Assembly: GCA_945788485.1 (NCBI GenBank)
Contig: CALZMB010000001.1
Location: 1-46,296, forward strand
Length of the DNA: 46,296 nucleotides
Direction: 5' to 3'
DNA from: an uncultured bacterium
Lineage (GTDB): Bacteria; Bacteroidota; Bacteroidia; Bacteroidales; Bacteroidaceae
The position numbers and the translations under genes were made by a program. This document shows positions 1-10,255 of this stretch, one piece after another (the stretch's first letter is position 1; each line of letters begins with the position of its first letter). The notes under the pieces were generated by a model. It did not search any database and was not told where the DNA came from. It saw only the letters and a program-made list of their open reading frames with translations.

Positions 1-794
1 TTTGTCTTCAGCTGCCGTCCGCTCTGCTCTATCACCATCTGCGCATATTGGAGAGCCTTCTGTTTGTCGCCCATGGTGAGATAGACCCTTGCCATGAGAG
101 CCCTGACGGCGTGGAGGTTGAGGTGAATCTTGCGGTCGGTCATGAAAGGCGTCTCGTCTTCGTGTCCCTGTTCGTCGGCGAGCAGCCGCTCTGCCTCGGT
201 GAGGTCGGCGAGGACATGGCTGTAGTTGTCTCGGAGCGGTTCGAAGTCGGGGATTTTGAGCGAGAACTCGGTGGCATACGGTATGCCGTCGGCCTGTGCG
301 TCAACCGTGATCTGCCGGGCGAAGAGGCGCATGAGGTCGAAGTGCATGAAGGCGCGCAGCGCAAGCGCCTCGCCGCGATAGACGGTGGCGGGGTATTGCG
401 CGGCATTCGCGATGAGGGGCGAGTTGATGACGCTGTTGACGTTGGAGATGTTGTTGTACATGTCTGTCCAAATAGAGGCGAAGACATTCTTCACGCGGGT
501 GTCGGCGTAGTTGTACTGCCCCAGCGCCGTCACGCTCTCGTTTCCGTAGCACCACAGCGTCTGCGACATTATCTCAAGCGCAGAAAAATACATCTCCTGC
601 CCGTAGAGCGATGTCGTGCGCAGCTTGGCATATACGCCGTAGAGCGCATCCTCGACGCCCTCGTTGGTCTGCAGCAGCTCGTCGCGCTTCACCTGCCCGT
701 CGGGCGTGATGTCGAGGAAGCTGTCGCACGATGTCGCGGCAATGCTGAAGCCGACAGCCGTCACGATATTTATTATGATTGTCTTGTATGTCAT
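1..794 (-). CDS. susD: RagB/SusD family nutrient-uptake outer-membrane lipoprotein (3' end runs off the window)
   Basis: Not in the ORF track; translated by hand from ATG at 794: MTYKTIIINIVTAVGFSIAATSC-DSFLDITP (lipobox) ... YRGEALALRAFMHFDLMRLF ... AVRALMARVYL, typical SusD motifs. Lies directly downstream of SusC. Confidence 0.93.
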   Translation of the reverse strand, partial: MTYKTIIINIVTAVGFSIAATSCDSFLDITPDGQVKRDELLQTNEGVEDALYGVYAKLRTTSLYGQEMYFSALEIMSQTLWCYGNESVTALGQYNYADTRVKNVFASIWTDMYNNISNVNSVINSPLIANAAQYPATVYRGEALALRAFMHFDLMRLFARQITVDAQADGIPYATEFSLKIPDFEPLRDNYSHVLADLTEAERLLADEQGHEDETPFMTDRKIHLNLHAVRALMARVYLTMGDKQKALQYAQMVIEQSGRQLKT

Positions 795-799
795 TTCCA

Positions 800-848
800 A
801 ATTATAAAGTATGAATTATAAATTGTAAATTGTAGATTATAGATTATA
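800..848. repeat. Seven tandem degenerate heptamers (aattata/aattgta/gattata) in the susC-susD spacer
   Basis: aattata aagtatg aattata aattgta aattgta gattata gattata, read directly. Confidence 0.75.
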
Positions 849-850
849 AA

Positions 851-3800
851 TCAGAATGTCACGTTCACATAGAACTCGAAGCCCTGGCTGTAGAGATAGT
901 CAGTGCCGCGTTCGATCTTCACCGTCGAGAGGCGTAGGATGTCTGTGAAGTTGACGCCGCAGCGCAGGTTGCGTACATATATCTTGCGGCAGAGCTCGTC
1001 GCTGAACTCATAGCTGAGGTTGAGTGTGCCGAGCGTGAGGGTGTTCTCTTTCTCGGCGAAGCGGTCGGTCTGCTCCGGGCGCGAGCTGTCGGCAATGTCC
1101 TTGTAGAGCGCGATGTCGCCCGGCTCCTTCCAGCGGTCGTCGAAGACGCGCTGGTCGGCGTTGTATTTCGGGTTGCTGCCCTCTACCTTGCTCACGCGCG
1201 TGGTGTTGTATATCCATGCCCCGAGGCGCATGTTGAGCAGGGCATAGAGGCTGAAGCCCTTCCAGAAGATGTTTGTGCTGACGGTGCCTGTGTAGCGTGG
1301 CTCGGTGTCGCCGATGAGCACCTTGTCGGCAGAATCGTAGTTGAAGGTGAGCTCGCCGTTGCGTTTGATATACACCTCGCGTCCCGTGGCGGGGTCTATT
1401 CCTGCTGAGCGGACAAGTTTGAGAGCTGTCGTGCTCTCACCCTCGGCATACTGCGGCAGAGGGGTGAGCGACGTGCTGGAGTTCTCCTCGTTCTTGTTGT
1501 TTATCTCCTCAAGCGCCTTGTTGATTTTCGTAATCTTGTTCCGGTTCATATAGCCCGACGTGCCGAGCTTCCAGTAGAAATCTTTCGAGCGGAAGATGTA
1601 GCCGTCCACCTGGAACTCCAGACCCTTGTTCTCCATCTCGCCGAGGTTTGAGGTTGCCTGCGTGACACCCGTCGAAGGCGGCATGGAGCGGTCGAGCAGC
1701 AGGTCGGTGGTCTTGCGGAGGTATGCGTCGATGACGAAATTGAGGCGGCGGCCGAACATCGAGAAGTCGAAGCCGACGTTATAGTTCATCGTGCGCTCCC
1801 ATGCGAGATCGACATTGCCGATGGTGAGGGGCACGGCGCCGATGCCGTTCTTGTATTCGTAGGTGTTGAGATACTGGTACATCGTCATCGCCTGGAATGG
1901 CGAGAAGCTGACCTTGCCCGTATATCCCATAGAGAAGCGGAGCTTCATGAGGTCGATTTTCTTCTTCGCCTCTTTCATGAAACCCTCGTTGAGGATGTTC
2001 CAGCCCGCGCCAACCGACCAGAAGTTTCCCCAGCGGTTGTTCTCGCCGAACTGTGACGAGCCGGTCGTGCGCCATGTGCCGTCAACGAAATATCGGTTGC
2101 GGAACGAGTAGTTTGTTGTGAGGAATGCACCGACGGTGGCTGTCTCGCCCTGCGAGCCGTAGGGCTGGCGGTCGGAGGGATAGCCAGAGGCGTTGCCGAT
2201 GAACGAGAGCTGGTCGTTGAAGAAGCCGGTCGCCTCGGTGGTTTCCGTGCGCGTCTTGTCGTGGTTCACCTCCCAGCCGAGCGAGGCGGTGATGAGCGAT
2301 TCGTCCTTGAACATCTTGTTGAACGTGCCGACGACGTTGGCGTCGTAGCCCGTCGTGCGCGTGTCGGCCTTCATGAGCTGCCCGCGCTTGGTGAGGTCAG
2401 GCTCGTTCTTGTAGCTCAGCGACTTTGGCGAGGTGAACGAATCAGACCAGCCCAACGAGCTGGTGATGTTTAGATGTCCCGTGAGGCGGAACATCTTGTT
2501 GATGTCCCAGCGCACGTCGGTGCTGTTGTTGAACGAGTGCGTGCCCGCCTTGGAGTAGCTGCCCAGCTCTGCCTCGTAGAGAGGGTTGTTCATGTCCCAC
2601 GAGAGGTTGGTGTTGACAGTGCCGTCGGCGTTGTACATCGGGTCGTAAGGGTTCATCTGCGTGTATTGCGAGAACGAGCCGTAGGGCGTGTTCTTCGTGT
2701 CAACCTCAGAGTATGTGGTGCGGTTGGAGATGGTCACCATGTTCTTGATGAAATAGTCGAGCTTGAAGCCGATGCTGTAGCGTTTGCGGTAGTCGTCTTT
2801 CATCACGCCCTTCGTGTCGCCGTAGCGTCCGGTCAGCTCGTAGCGCATGTTCGAGGCGCCGCCATAGACGCGCAGCGAATGGTCGTGCGAGAAAGCCGTG
2901 CGGGCGGGCTGTGCCAGCCAGTCGCTGTTCTGCCCTGCCATCACGAGTTTGTACCGCTCGTTGTAGAGTTTGTCAAGCTCATACTGCTCAGGCAGCCCGG
3001 TGACGGAGTTGACGGCGCCCTTCGCGTCGTACAGACCTGCCATCTTCTCGTATTTCAGCTTGTCGGCGGCGTTGAGCAGGTTGTAGTCGCCAAGTTGCGG
3101 TAACTGCAGGTCGCCTGTGAAGTTATACTGCACGCGGACGGTGGAGTTCTTGATGGGCTTGCGCGTGATGACGATGACGCCGTTGGCTGCCTTAGAGCCG
3201 TAGAGGGCGGTGGCTGACGCGTCTTTCAAGACGTTGATGGTCTCCACCTCGTTCATGTCGAGGTCGTACAGCTCTTGCATCGTAATCTCCGTGCCGTCGA
3301 GGATGATGGTGGGCTGGTTGACATCCTGCCCGGAGTTGGAGAACGAGCTGGTGCCGCGCAGCACAAGTTCTTCGACGTGGTTGGGGTTAGAGCCTTGCGA
3401 CGAGTTCTGCACCACCGACATGCCGGGTGTGAGGGCGGCGATGGCGGTGAGGATATTGGTGTTCGACACCATCTTCAGCTCGTCGCCCTTAATCTGCGTC
3501 ACAGAGCCGGTGAACGTCTCTTTGTTCTTGTTCACATATCCCGTGACGACGACATCCTCAATGGTGTGCGCATCGTCTTCGAGAAACACTTTCAGGTTGC
3601 GCATATCTTTGCCCGTCGAGGGTATGACCTTTGTCACCATGCCGATATACGTCACCCGGATTTCAAACTCGCCCTTCGGCACGTTGAGCAGGAACTTGCC
3701 GTCAACGTCGGCGGAGGTGGCAGTGAGGAGCTGTCCGCCACGGTATATTGCCACACTCGCCCCGGGCAGTATCTCGCCGGTGGCTTTCTCAAGCACGGTG

Positions 3801-3979
3801 CCATCTACTTTCACCACATCCTTCGCCTGGCTGACGGATGTCAGGGCAGCGGGCGGAGCGGCGGGGGCGGCACTCGCCGGAGCAAAAGGGACCGCGCTCG
3901 CAGAGGCTGTCATCGCGGCTGCAAGACAGAGGCGCACAAGCGAGTGTACCCGTGTCTGTTTCTTTCTTGTCATGTTCAT
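851..3979 (-). CDS. susC: SusC/RagA family TonB-dependent outer-membrane transporter
   Basis: Signal peptide, CarboxypepD_reg-like N-domain, VVVTGY, plug motif LKDASATALYGSKAANGVIVITRK, beta-barrel ending in F; paired with SusD. Confidence 0.96.
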   Translation of the reverse strand: MNMTRKKQTRVHSLVRLCLAAAMTASASAVPFAPASAAPAAPPAALTSVSQAKDVVKVDGTVLEKATGEILPGASVAIYRGGQLLTATSADVDGKFLLNVPKGEFEIRVTYIGMVTKVIPSTGKDMRNLKVFLEDDAHTIEDVVVTGYVNKNKETFTGSVTQIKGDELKMVSNTNILTAIAALTPGMSVVQNSSQGSNPNHVEELVLRGTSSFSNSGQDVNQPTIILDGTEITMQELYDLDMNEVETINVLKDASATALYGSKAANGVIVITRKPIKNSTVRVQYNFTGDLQLPQLGDYNLLNAADKLKYEKMAGLYDAKGAVNSVTGLPEQYELDKLYNERYKLVMAGQNSDWLAQPARTAFSHDHSLRVYGGASNMRYELTGRYGDTKGVMKDDYRKRYSIGFKLDYFIKNMVTISNRTTYSEVDTKNTPYGSFSQYTQMNPYDPMYNADGTVNTNLSWDMNNPLYEAELGSYSKAGTHSFNNSTDVRWDINKMFRLTGHLNITSSLGWSDSFTSPKSLSYKNEPDLTKRGQLMKADTRTTGYDANVVGTFNKMFKDESLITASLGWEVNHDKTRTETTEATGFFNDQLSFIGNASGYPSDRQPYGSQGETATVGAFLTTNYSFRNRYFVDGTWRTTGSSQFGENNRWGNFWSVGAGWNILNEGFMKEAKKKIDLMKLRFSMGYTGKVSFSPFQAMTMYQYLNTYEYKNGIGAVPLTIGNVDLAWERTMNYNVGFDFSMFGRRLNFVIDAYLRKTTDLLLDRSMPPSTGVTQATSNLGEMENKGLEFQVDGYIFRSKDFYWKLGTSGYMNRNKITKINKALEEINNKNEENSSTSLTPLPQYAEGESTTALKLVRSAGIDPATGREVYIKRNGELTFNYDSADKVLIGDTEPRYTGTVSTNIFWKGFSLYALLNMRLGAWIYNTTRVSKVEGSNPKYNADQRVFDDRWKEPGDIALYKDIADSSRPEQTDRFAEKENTLTLGTLNLSYEFSDELCRKIYVRNLRCGVNFTDILRLSTVKIERGTDYLYSQGFEFYVNVTF

Positions 3980-3986
3980 TCAGCTG

Positions 3987-4041
3987 AAAAAAAACGAAAA
4001 GAGTTCCCTACGATTGCCGTTGACAACCGCCGGGAACTCTT
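3987..4041 (-). terminator. Intrinsic terminator after the 673-aa gene, immediately upstream of susC
   Basis: Inverted repeat aagagttccc (3999-4008) / gggaactctt (4032-4041), followed on the minus strand by ttcgtttttttt. Confidence 0.65.
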
Positions 4042-4062
4042 AGTTATATACATGAGTGGTTA

Positions 4063-6084
4063 TTATTTCACCAATACCTTCTTCACGCCCTTAGCTGTCT
4101 TCACGATCACAATTCTGCCGTTGCCGGCTGACTTGAGCTGACGGCCAGAGAGGTCGAAGATGCGTATGTCATTGTCGTTGCCGGCTGACACGCTGACGTT
4201 GTCGATGCCGGAGGTTGACTTCTGGGCTGTGATGTTATCGTACAGGGCGAGGCACTTCTTCTGTTCGTTCCAGCTCTCATCGTAGCTTATCTCGAAGAGG
4301 CTGAAAGAGCCGATGCTCAGCGAGCCGTTCTCGTTGCGTGTGAAGCTGATAGGAGAGGTGGAGCCGTTCATGTCGAATATCTTCCAATAGGTCTTTCCAA
4401 CCTCAACATTCTTGACAAACATGCCAGAAGCCATCTCTGCCTTGTTGGCGTCATCCTTAGAAGGAGTGAAGCGGATGCCGCCGTAGTTAGCTGCATTGGC
4501 ATCTGCTGTGATGAATGTGGTGACGAACTGTCCGTATTCGCCTTCCGGTTCAATAACGATAGGGAACGTTGCCGGATAGTCTCCCTCAACATATTTTGTC
4601 ACAGAGGCTGTAGCCTCGTATGTGCCGTCCCATGTCAGCACGACAGGCTCTTCTTTTGCCGGGGTGAGAGTGTTCGTCTGGTAGCCGCAAACGTATGCTG
4701 TCTCATTTCCGTATTCGCCCTTAGCTACGAAGAAGTCGCCGAGAGTGAGAGTGCCGTCCTCGTTGGCTGTGAGCTTGAGGCTTGTAGCCTGTCCGTTGAC
4801 GTCGGTGAGCTTGTACCATGTCTGATAGTCGTCAGACGACTTGATGTAGATGGCACCGTATGGGCTGCTGTTGAGTGAAACCTCTGCTTCCTTTGGATTG
4901 TCGGCAGACAGAGTGAGCTTCATGCCACCCTGATTCATGTTGCCAACTTCGAATCCGAAGAGCTTGGTGATATAGTATGCGTCAATTGCTTCATAATATG
5001 TGATAACTGTCTCACCTTCTGTTGGAAGGAAGTCTGTACCTCCGCTTAAGTCCATGTAGCTTGCTGTCTTAGAGGTGTATGTGCCAGCCCAAGAGAAGTC
5101 AGCTGCCCCAGCCTGCTTCTTTGCGCTACCGTTCATCCACCACTGCACGAATTCAATAACTTCCTTTTGTTCGCCATCAACTTCCTCCTGGCTGACTGTG
5201 CCGATGACGAGGGAGTTGCCCATTGTCATGGATGTCTCAGAATTGTAATTGAATGAGATGTTGCCAGATTTGCTGCCGTACATGCCTACAATGCGGTAGC
5301 CCTTAGCTTCGTCAACGAGGTTACCATCGTATGGGATGGAGAGTGTGTTTCCGTCGAAAGTAGCATCGAGAGTGAATGGTGCGATACCATCGATAGTGAA
5401 TGTGGCTTTATAATTATTTACGTCACCGTTCTGAGCGAGAGTGAGGATGTAAGATGTTGGGAGCGGAGAACCTGGCTTTGTGTCGTATTCTCCTGCGCCA
5501 GCCTTCACTGTCCACTCGCCGGAGATATCAGCGATGTCGATATTCTCTGCCTCTAAAAGCACCATCTTCACGTTGGTGAACTTGGCGAGGACGTCGCATG
5601 TGCTGTTGTCGTAGTCGCAGTTGCCTACGAGAGTGAAGTCAGGCACGGTGATGGTCTTGGCGTCATCGCTGATAGTGAAATATAGGGCACCGAGAGCCAC
5701 CTCGCCGAACGGATACTTGCCGTCTGCCTCAGAGTAGTAGATGCCATTGCCGAAGACTCCATAGTTGTTGCCGCTTGGGTTGGTGACCTTGAACATCTGC
5801 TTCTCCTCAGAGAAAGCGTTCACCTTCATGGCTTCAGAGCCTTTGGCACCAGCGAAGCCGGTAATCTGCGCGTCGTAGATGTTTGCGGCATCCTTGGTGA
5901 TGATGACTTCGCTTTCTGCCGCGAAATAATCCTTGAAGGCTTCGCCGGCTTCTGTCACCTCGACAGTGGCGGTGAATTGATACTTGCCGAAGAGTTCGGC
6001 CATCGACGACACCTTTGCCCTCATGCTTGACGGGCACAGAATCATCATGCTGAGGATGATGCTGAATGTGTAAAGTTTTCTCAT
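4063..6084 (-). CDS. Secreted beta-rich repeat-domain protein with T9SS C-terminal sorting signal
   Basis: Sec signal peptide; C-terminus SGIDNV...IRIFDLSGRQ...VIVKTAKGVKKVLVK (Prevotella-type T9SS CTD); internally repeated domains (SWAGTY / TWDGTY). Confidence 0.8.
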   Translation of the reverse strand: MRKLYTFSIILSMMILCPSSMRAKVSSMAELFGKYQFTATVEVTEAGEAFKDYFAAESEVIITKDAANIYDAQITGFAGAKGSEAMKVNAFSEEKQMFKVTNPSGNNYGVFGNGIYYSEADGKYPFGEVALGALYFTISDDAKTITVPDFTLVGNCDYDNSTCDVLAKFTNVKMVLLEAENIDIADISGEWTVKAGAGEYDTKPGSPLPTSYILTLAQNGDVNNYKATFTIDGIAPFTLDATFDGNTLSIPYDGNLVDEAKGYRIVGMYGSKSGNISFNYNSETSMTMGNSLVIGTVSQEEVDGEQKEVIEFVQWWMNGSAKKQAGAADFSWAGTYTSKTASYMDLSGGTDFLPTEGETVITYYEAIDAYYITKLFGFEVGNMNQGGMKLTLSADNPKEAEVSLNSSPYGAIYIKSSDDYQTWYKLTDVNGQATSLKLTANEDGTLTLGDFFVAKGEYGNETAYVCGYQTNTLTPAKEEPVVLTWDGTYEATASVTKYVEGDYPATFPIVIEPEGEYGQFVTTFITADANAANYGGIRFTPSKDDANKAEMASGMFVKNVEVGKTYWKIFDMNGSTSPISFTRNENGSLSIGSFSLFEISYDESWNEQKKCLALYDNITAQKSTSGIDNVSVSAGNDNDIRIFDLSGRQLKSAGNGRIVIVKTAKGVKKVLVK

Positions 6085-6237
6085 ACGTTATTCATTATTA
6101 TTATTAGGTCGCTGCTGTCCGGTTAGATTCGGGGCAGCCAAGTTAAAGATATTGCTATTCAATTATCGGGACTCAGAAAATGGCAGGCGGCTTGACAATC
6201 GCTTTCTGACGTTCTGCCTGCAAGCATCGGCAGGACA

Positions 6238-7365
6238 TCACCGCAGCCCTTCGAGCATCTCTTTCAGTGCGAAGCCCATGCTGGGGCGCGGCGCGTCATA
6301 CATATACAACTTGCCCTGCTTGTCGTAGATGATGAAGAACGGTATGCCTTTCACGTTCAACGCCTTGCCGAGGGTTCCTCCGGCGTCGTGCCACTGGTTG
6401 CCATGCACGCCCAGCTCTGCCATCTTCTTCTTCCACGCCTCCGACTTCTGGTCGATGGAGATGGAGAGGAAGACGACGTCGGGGTTCTCCAACTCCTGCT
6501 CCAGCTTCTGCAGATGCGGCACCTCGCGGCAGCAGGGCACGCACCACGATGCCCAGAGGTCGATATAGACATATTTCCCGCGCATCTGCGCGAAGTCCAT
6601 CTCCTTGCCGTCGGCATCGACAAGCTTCACGCTGTCGGGGAAGGGGCTGCCTTTCACCGTGGCGCGGTTCTGGACGAAGGCCTGAACGTATTTCCCGGGC
6701 AGGGAGTGCTTCGCTGTCACGGCGGTGAGCTCGGCAAGGCCCGCGTCGTAATTGTTCTCATAGTCGAAGCGGCTCAGGAATTTCTCCACCACGGCGGCAC
6801 TCACCTTGTCTGTCAGCTCACGGCAGCTGTAGTTGGCATACAGCGTGTCGAGCTTTGCCGTCAGCGACGCCTCGCGCGGCAGGAAACTGGCGACGAGCGC
6901 AGGCGCTATGGGGAAGAGCGACGCCATCGGCGTGTCGAGCTCCTCGTGCGGCTTCTGCATCACGTCGGTAGCTTTCAGCGGCAGAGAATCGGGACGCACG
7001 CCAAGCACGTTGGGCAGAGAGACATACGAGTTGTAGGTGGAGGTGTATGCCCACATATTTATATATTGCGCCACATTGGGCTGGCAACGGTAGATGCCGA
7101 GGATGGAATCGGCTGCCGCAGCATACGAGCAAAGCAATGCCTTGATGTCGGCAGAAGCCTGCGGACGCTGCGTCCACAACGCCCGGTCGGCGGCTGACAC
7201 AAACTGGCGCATGGCTGACAGAGCCTTGTTGTTGTCGTTGTCGAGAGCCACGGGCGCGGTGCCGTCGAGCGTCATTTCGATATGCGGCGACGCGCCCTCT
7301 GCATAGAGCGGCATGATGGTCTGCGTCTGCTGGCGGATGAAAATCAGACGGTAGAGGTTCTCGCG
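6238..7365 (-). pseudogene. TlpA/redoxin-family thiol-disulfide oxidoreductase, 5'-truncated
   Basis: C-terminal GKYVYIDLWASWCVPC...GIPFFIIYDKQGK thioredoxin fold. The frame continues upstream of ATG 7314 as RENLYRLIFIRQQTQTI, then reaches TGA at 7381-7383. No signal peptide. Confidence 0.75.
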
Positions 7366-9827
7366 CGACGATATACAGCATCACCGACGTGCCGGCGCGA
7401 CAAGAGCTCATCGATTCGTGCCTGCTCATCCTGCACGACTGGTCGGGCTGCATCGCGCTCGACGGAGAAGAGATTGACGCAGAGCGGAAGGTGATTCACG
7501 AAGAATGGCGCGCCAAGCGCAACGCGCAGAGCCGCATGACAGAGCGGCTGCTGCCACAGCTCTTCCCAGGAGGCAACAGATACGCCGACAGGCTGCCTAT
7601 AGGGCTGATGGAGGTGGTGGACAACTTCCCGTACGAGACGCTGAGGAGATACTACAAGAAATGGTACCGCCCGGACTTGCAGGGCATCATCGTCGTGGGA
7701 GACATCGACGCGGACCATTTAGAAAACGTCATACGCACGATGTGGAGCGACATTCCGCGAAAGGAGAACGCCGCAAAGAGGGTATATCAGCAAGTGCCGG
7801 CATCGAACGACACCATCGTAGCTGTGGCGCACGACAAAGAAGCGCGCGCGAACAGCATAAAAATCATGTTCAAACGCGACGACTACGACAACAGCCGGCG
7901 CGAGGACATCAGCACCATGTACGCTGAATACCTCACAATGATGACGGCGTCGATGCTCGACGACAGGCTGAAGGAATCGCCCGCCGCTACGGACGGCACA
8001 GTGTCGTCGCCGCGCGCCACAGACGGATACTACTCCGTCTCCGCCACAAAACGCGCCTTTACGCTCTCTGCATATTTCAACGCCGGCGAATGGAGGCAGG
8101 CGATGCGGGCTCTCGTAGCGGAACTGAAGCGCGCCGTGACATACGGCTTCGGACAGGAAGAGACCAGAAGGATGGTGGCAGCGATGGACAAATCGGCGGT
8201 GCAGACGCTGAAGACGATGCACCAGACGACCAACAGCCACTGGGGCAGGCAGCTGCAACGCCACTTCCTGAACAACACGCCCGCGCCGTGCATCGAAGAG
8301 GAATGCAACCTATACCGCGCGTTCAACACACGCATCACGCCCGCCGCGGCTGACAGCACCCTCAGATGGCTTGCCAGCTCTGGCGACATAGCCATCGCCC
8401 TGCAAGGCGAAGAACGCGACGGAACGCCGTGGCCATCGGCTGAAGAGGTGAAGAACGAACTGCGCAAGGCGTGGGCGGCGGACGTGGAACAACGGGAAAG
8501 CGGAGAAGCGCGGCGACCACTCATGACACGCAAACCGGAGAAAGGACGCATCATCAGCGAGAAGACAAACCGAAAATACGGCACACGAGAGCTGCGCCTC
8601 GCGAACGGAGCGAAGGTGATTCTGAAACATACAGGAGACAAGACGGAGAACGTATCGCTGAAAGCCTTCAGCTGGGGAGGCAACTCGCTTTACACAGACG
8701 ACGACTACCTCAACGCAGCGTACATAAACAGCGTCATTCCGCTCGGAGGACTCGGAGAACTCTCTAACCGCCAGCTCGCCAAGACCCTGGAAGGACACAC
8801 CGTCAACTACAGCGCGGAGGTGAACATGACGAACGAGACAATCAACGCCAGCTGCACAAAGGGCGACGAGGAGACCATGCTGCAATGCGTACATCTGAGA
8901 ATGACAACGGCGCGCGCCGACACCGCGCAGTTCCGGCAATGGGCAAAACGCAAAAGGCAGCAGCTCGCCATGCGCGAAAGAGTGCCGCAAGCCCTATTCG
9001 CCGATTCGCTCTCGCGCGTGATGTACGAAGACAACATCCGCACGACGCCGCAAAGCCCGGAGAGCTTCGACCGCATCAGCTACGACCGCATCAGGCAGAT
9101 ATTCACCGAACGCTTCGCCAATGCCGCGGACTTCACCTTCGTAATCACCGGTAACTACGACGACACTAAAATCGACGACCTCATAGAAACCTACATCGCC
9201 TCGCTACCATCGACCCGGGCAAAGAAAGAGCGGTTCCGCGACGTCATGCCTCAACCGAAGAAGGGCGCGAAGCAGCTGAAGATGCAGCTGAAGATGCAGA
9301 CACCAAAGACAAGCGTCGTCTATCAGGCGATAGCCTCATGCCCGTGGACCGCCGTCAACCACGCCGCGGCTGTCACGCTGCAGCAGATTCTGGAGATGCT
9401 CTACACCGAAGAGATACGCGAGAAAGACGGAGGAACATACGGCATCGGCGTGCAGCTGACCCTCACGCGCTATCCGAAAAACCGCCTGCAGCTCGCCGTC
9501 AACCTCGACACCAACAGCGGGCAGGCAGATGCGGCAGCAGAGAAAATCCGCATGCTCGTCACCCGCATTGCCGAAGAGGGTCCCGACCCCCAGATGATGC
9601 AGAAGTCGATAGAATATCAGCAGAAGACCGTCGCGAACTTCCTTGGCACCAACGCCTACTGGATGAACGCCATCATGCAGAACGTGCAGTATGGCGCGGA
9701 CGACGCGCTCAACCCCTCTGACGCGCTCAAGAAACTGACGCCGGCGGATGTGCGCAAACTCGCCCGCCTGCTCAGCGGCAGCGACAACACCACCCTCGCC
9801 ATACTCGAAGGGGTGAAAGCGGAATGA
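7365..9827 (+). pseudogene. M16 (PqqL/insulinase-like) zinc peptidase lacking its N-terminus and HxxEH motif
   Basis: ATIYSITDVP...IDSCLLILHDWS...EIDAERKVIHEEWR...RLPIG...YYKKWYRPDLQGIIVVGD and EIREKDGGTYG are PqqL-type motifs. In-frame TGA at 7338; the signal peptide and HxxEH normally preceding this segment are absent. Confidence 0.85.
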
Positions 9828-9909
9828 GACACGGAAACTAATATGTTAACAAGTCAATTTATTGTTTTTGTTTTTCCAGTTGACACAGGATTTTTTTCAC
9901 AAGCTCAAG

Positions 9910-9987
9910 GAGATTTGTCCTCTGGACCCACTGACAGAAAGGAGATAAACTCCCTCCCTTCGGTCAGTGGGTCCAAGGACAAATCTC
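9910..9987. repeat. Long inverted repeat (25-bp stem, one bulge)
   Basis: gagatttgtcct(c)tggacccactgac at 9910-9935 pairs with gtcagtgggtccaaggacaaatctc at 9963-9987. Confidence 0.85.
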
Positions 9988-10020
9988 ATAGTGCCCAAAC
10001 TCATGCTTCTTTTTGAAACG

Positions 10021-10171
10021 CAAAATAGTCAAAGTAGCAAACCAAAATAGTCAAAGTGGCGAGCCAAGATAGTCAAAGTGACGAGGCTAAATAGTCAAAG
10101 TGACCAGCCAAACTACCGAACGAAAACCAGCCAAACTACCGAACGAAAATCAGCCAAACTACCGAATGAAA
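10021..10171. repeat. Two adjoining tandem arrays: 4 x 22 bp (core atagtcaaagt), then ~3 x 23 bp (cagccaaactaccgaa)
   Basis: Units start at 10021, 10043, 10065, 10087 and at 10105, 10128, 10151. Confidence 0.9.
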
Positions 10172-10203
10172 TGTTAATTTTTTATAAGCGCATCATGTAA
10201 AAT

Positions 10204-10234
10204 ATTGATTATCAGCAGAGATTGCGTATCTTTG
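10204..10234 (+). promoter_or_regulatory. Bacteroidetes primary-sigma promoter for the ATPase gene
   Basis: TATCTTTG at 10227-10234 matches the -7 consensus TAnnTTTG; attg 19 nt upstream approximates the -33 TTTG. Confidence 0.6.
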
Positions 10235-10255
10235 CAAAAACAAAGAAAATTGGGT

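Noticed and set aside
48-4141. Long plus-strand ORFs (48-821, 2474-3103, 3210-4043, 3275-4141) and similar antisense ORFs throughout
   Set aside because: Shadow frames of well-supported opposite-strand genes in codon-biased DNA; no recognisable motifs.
10021-10171. Possible CRISPR array
   Set aside because: Units are contiguous 22-23-bp tandem repeats with no unique spacers, and there are no cas genes.
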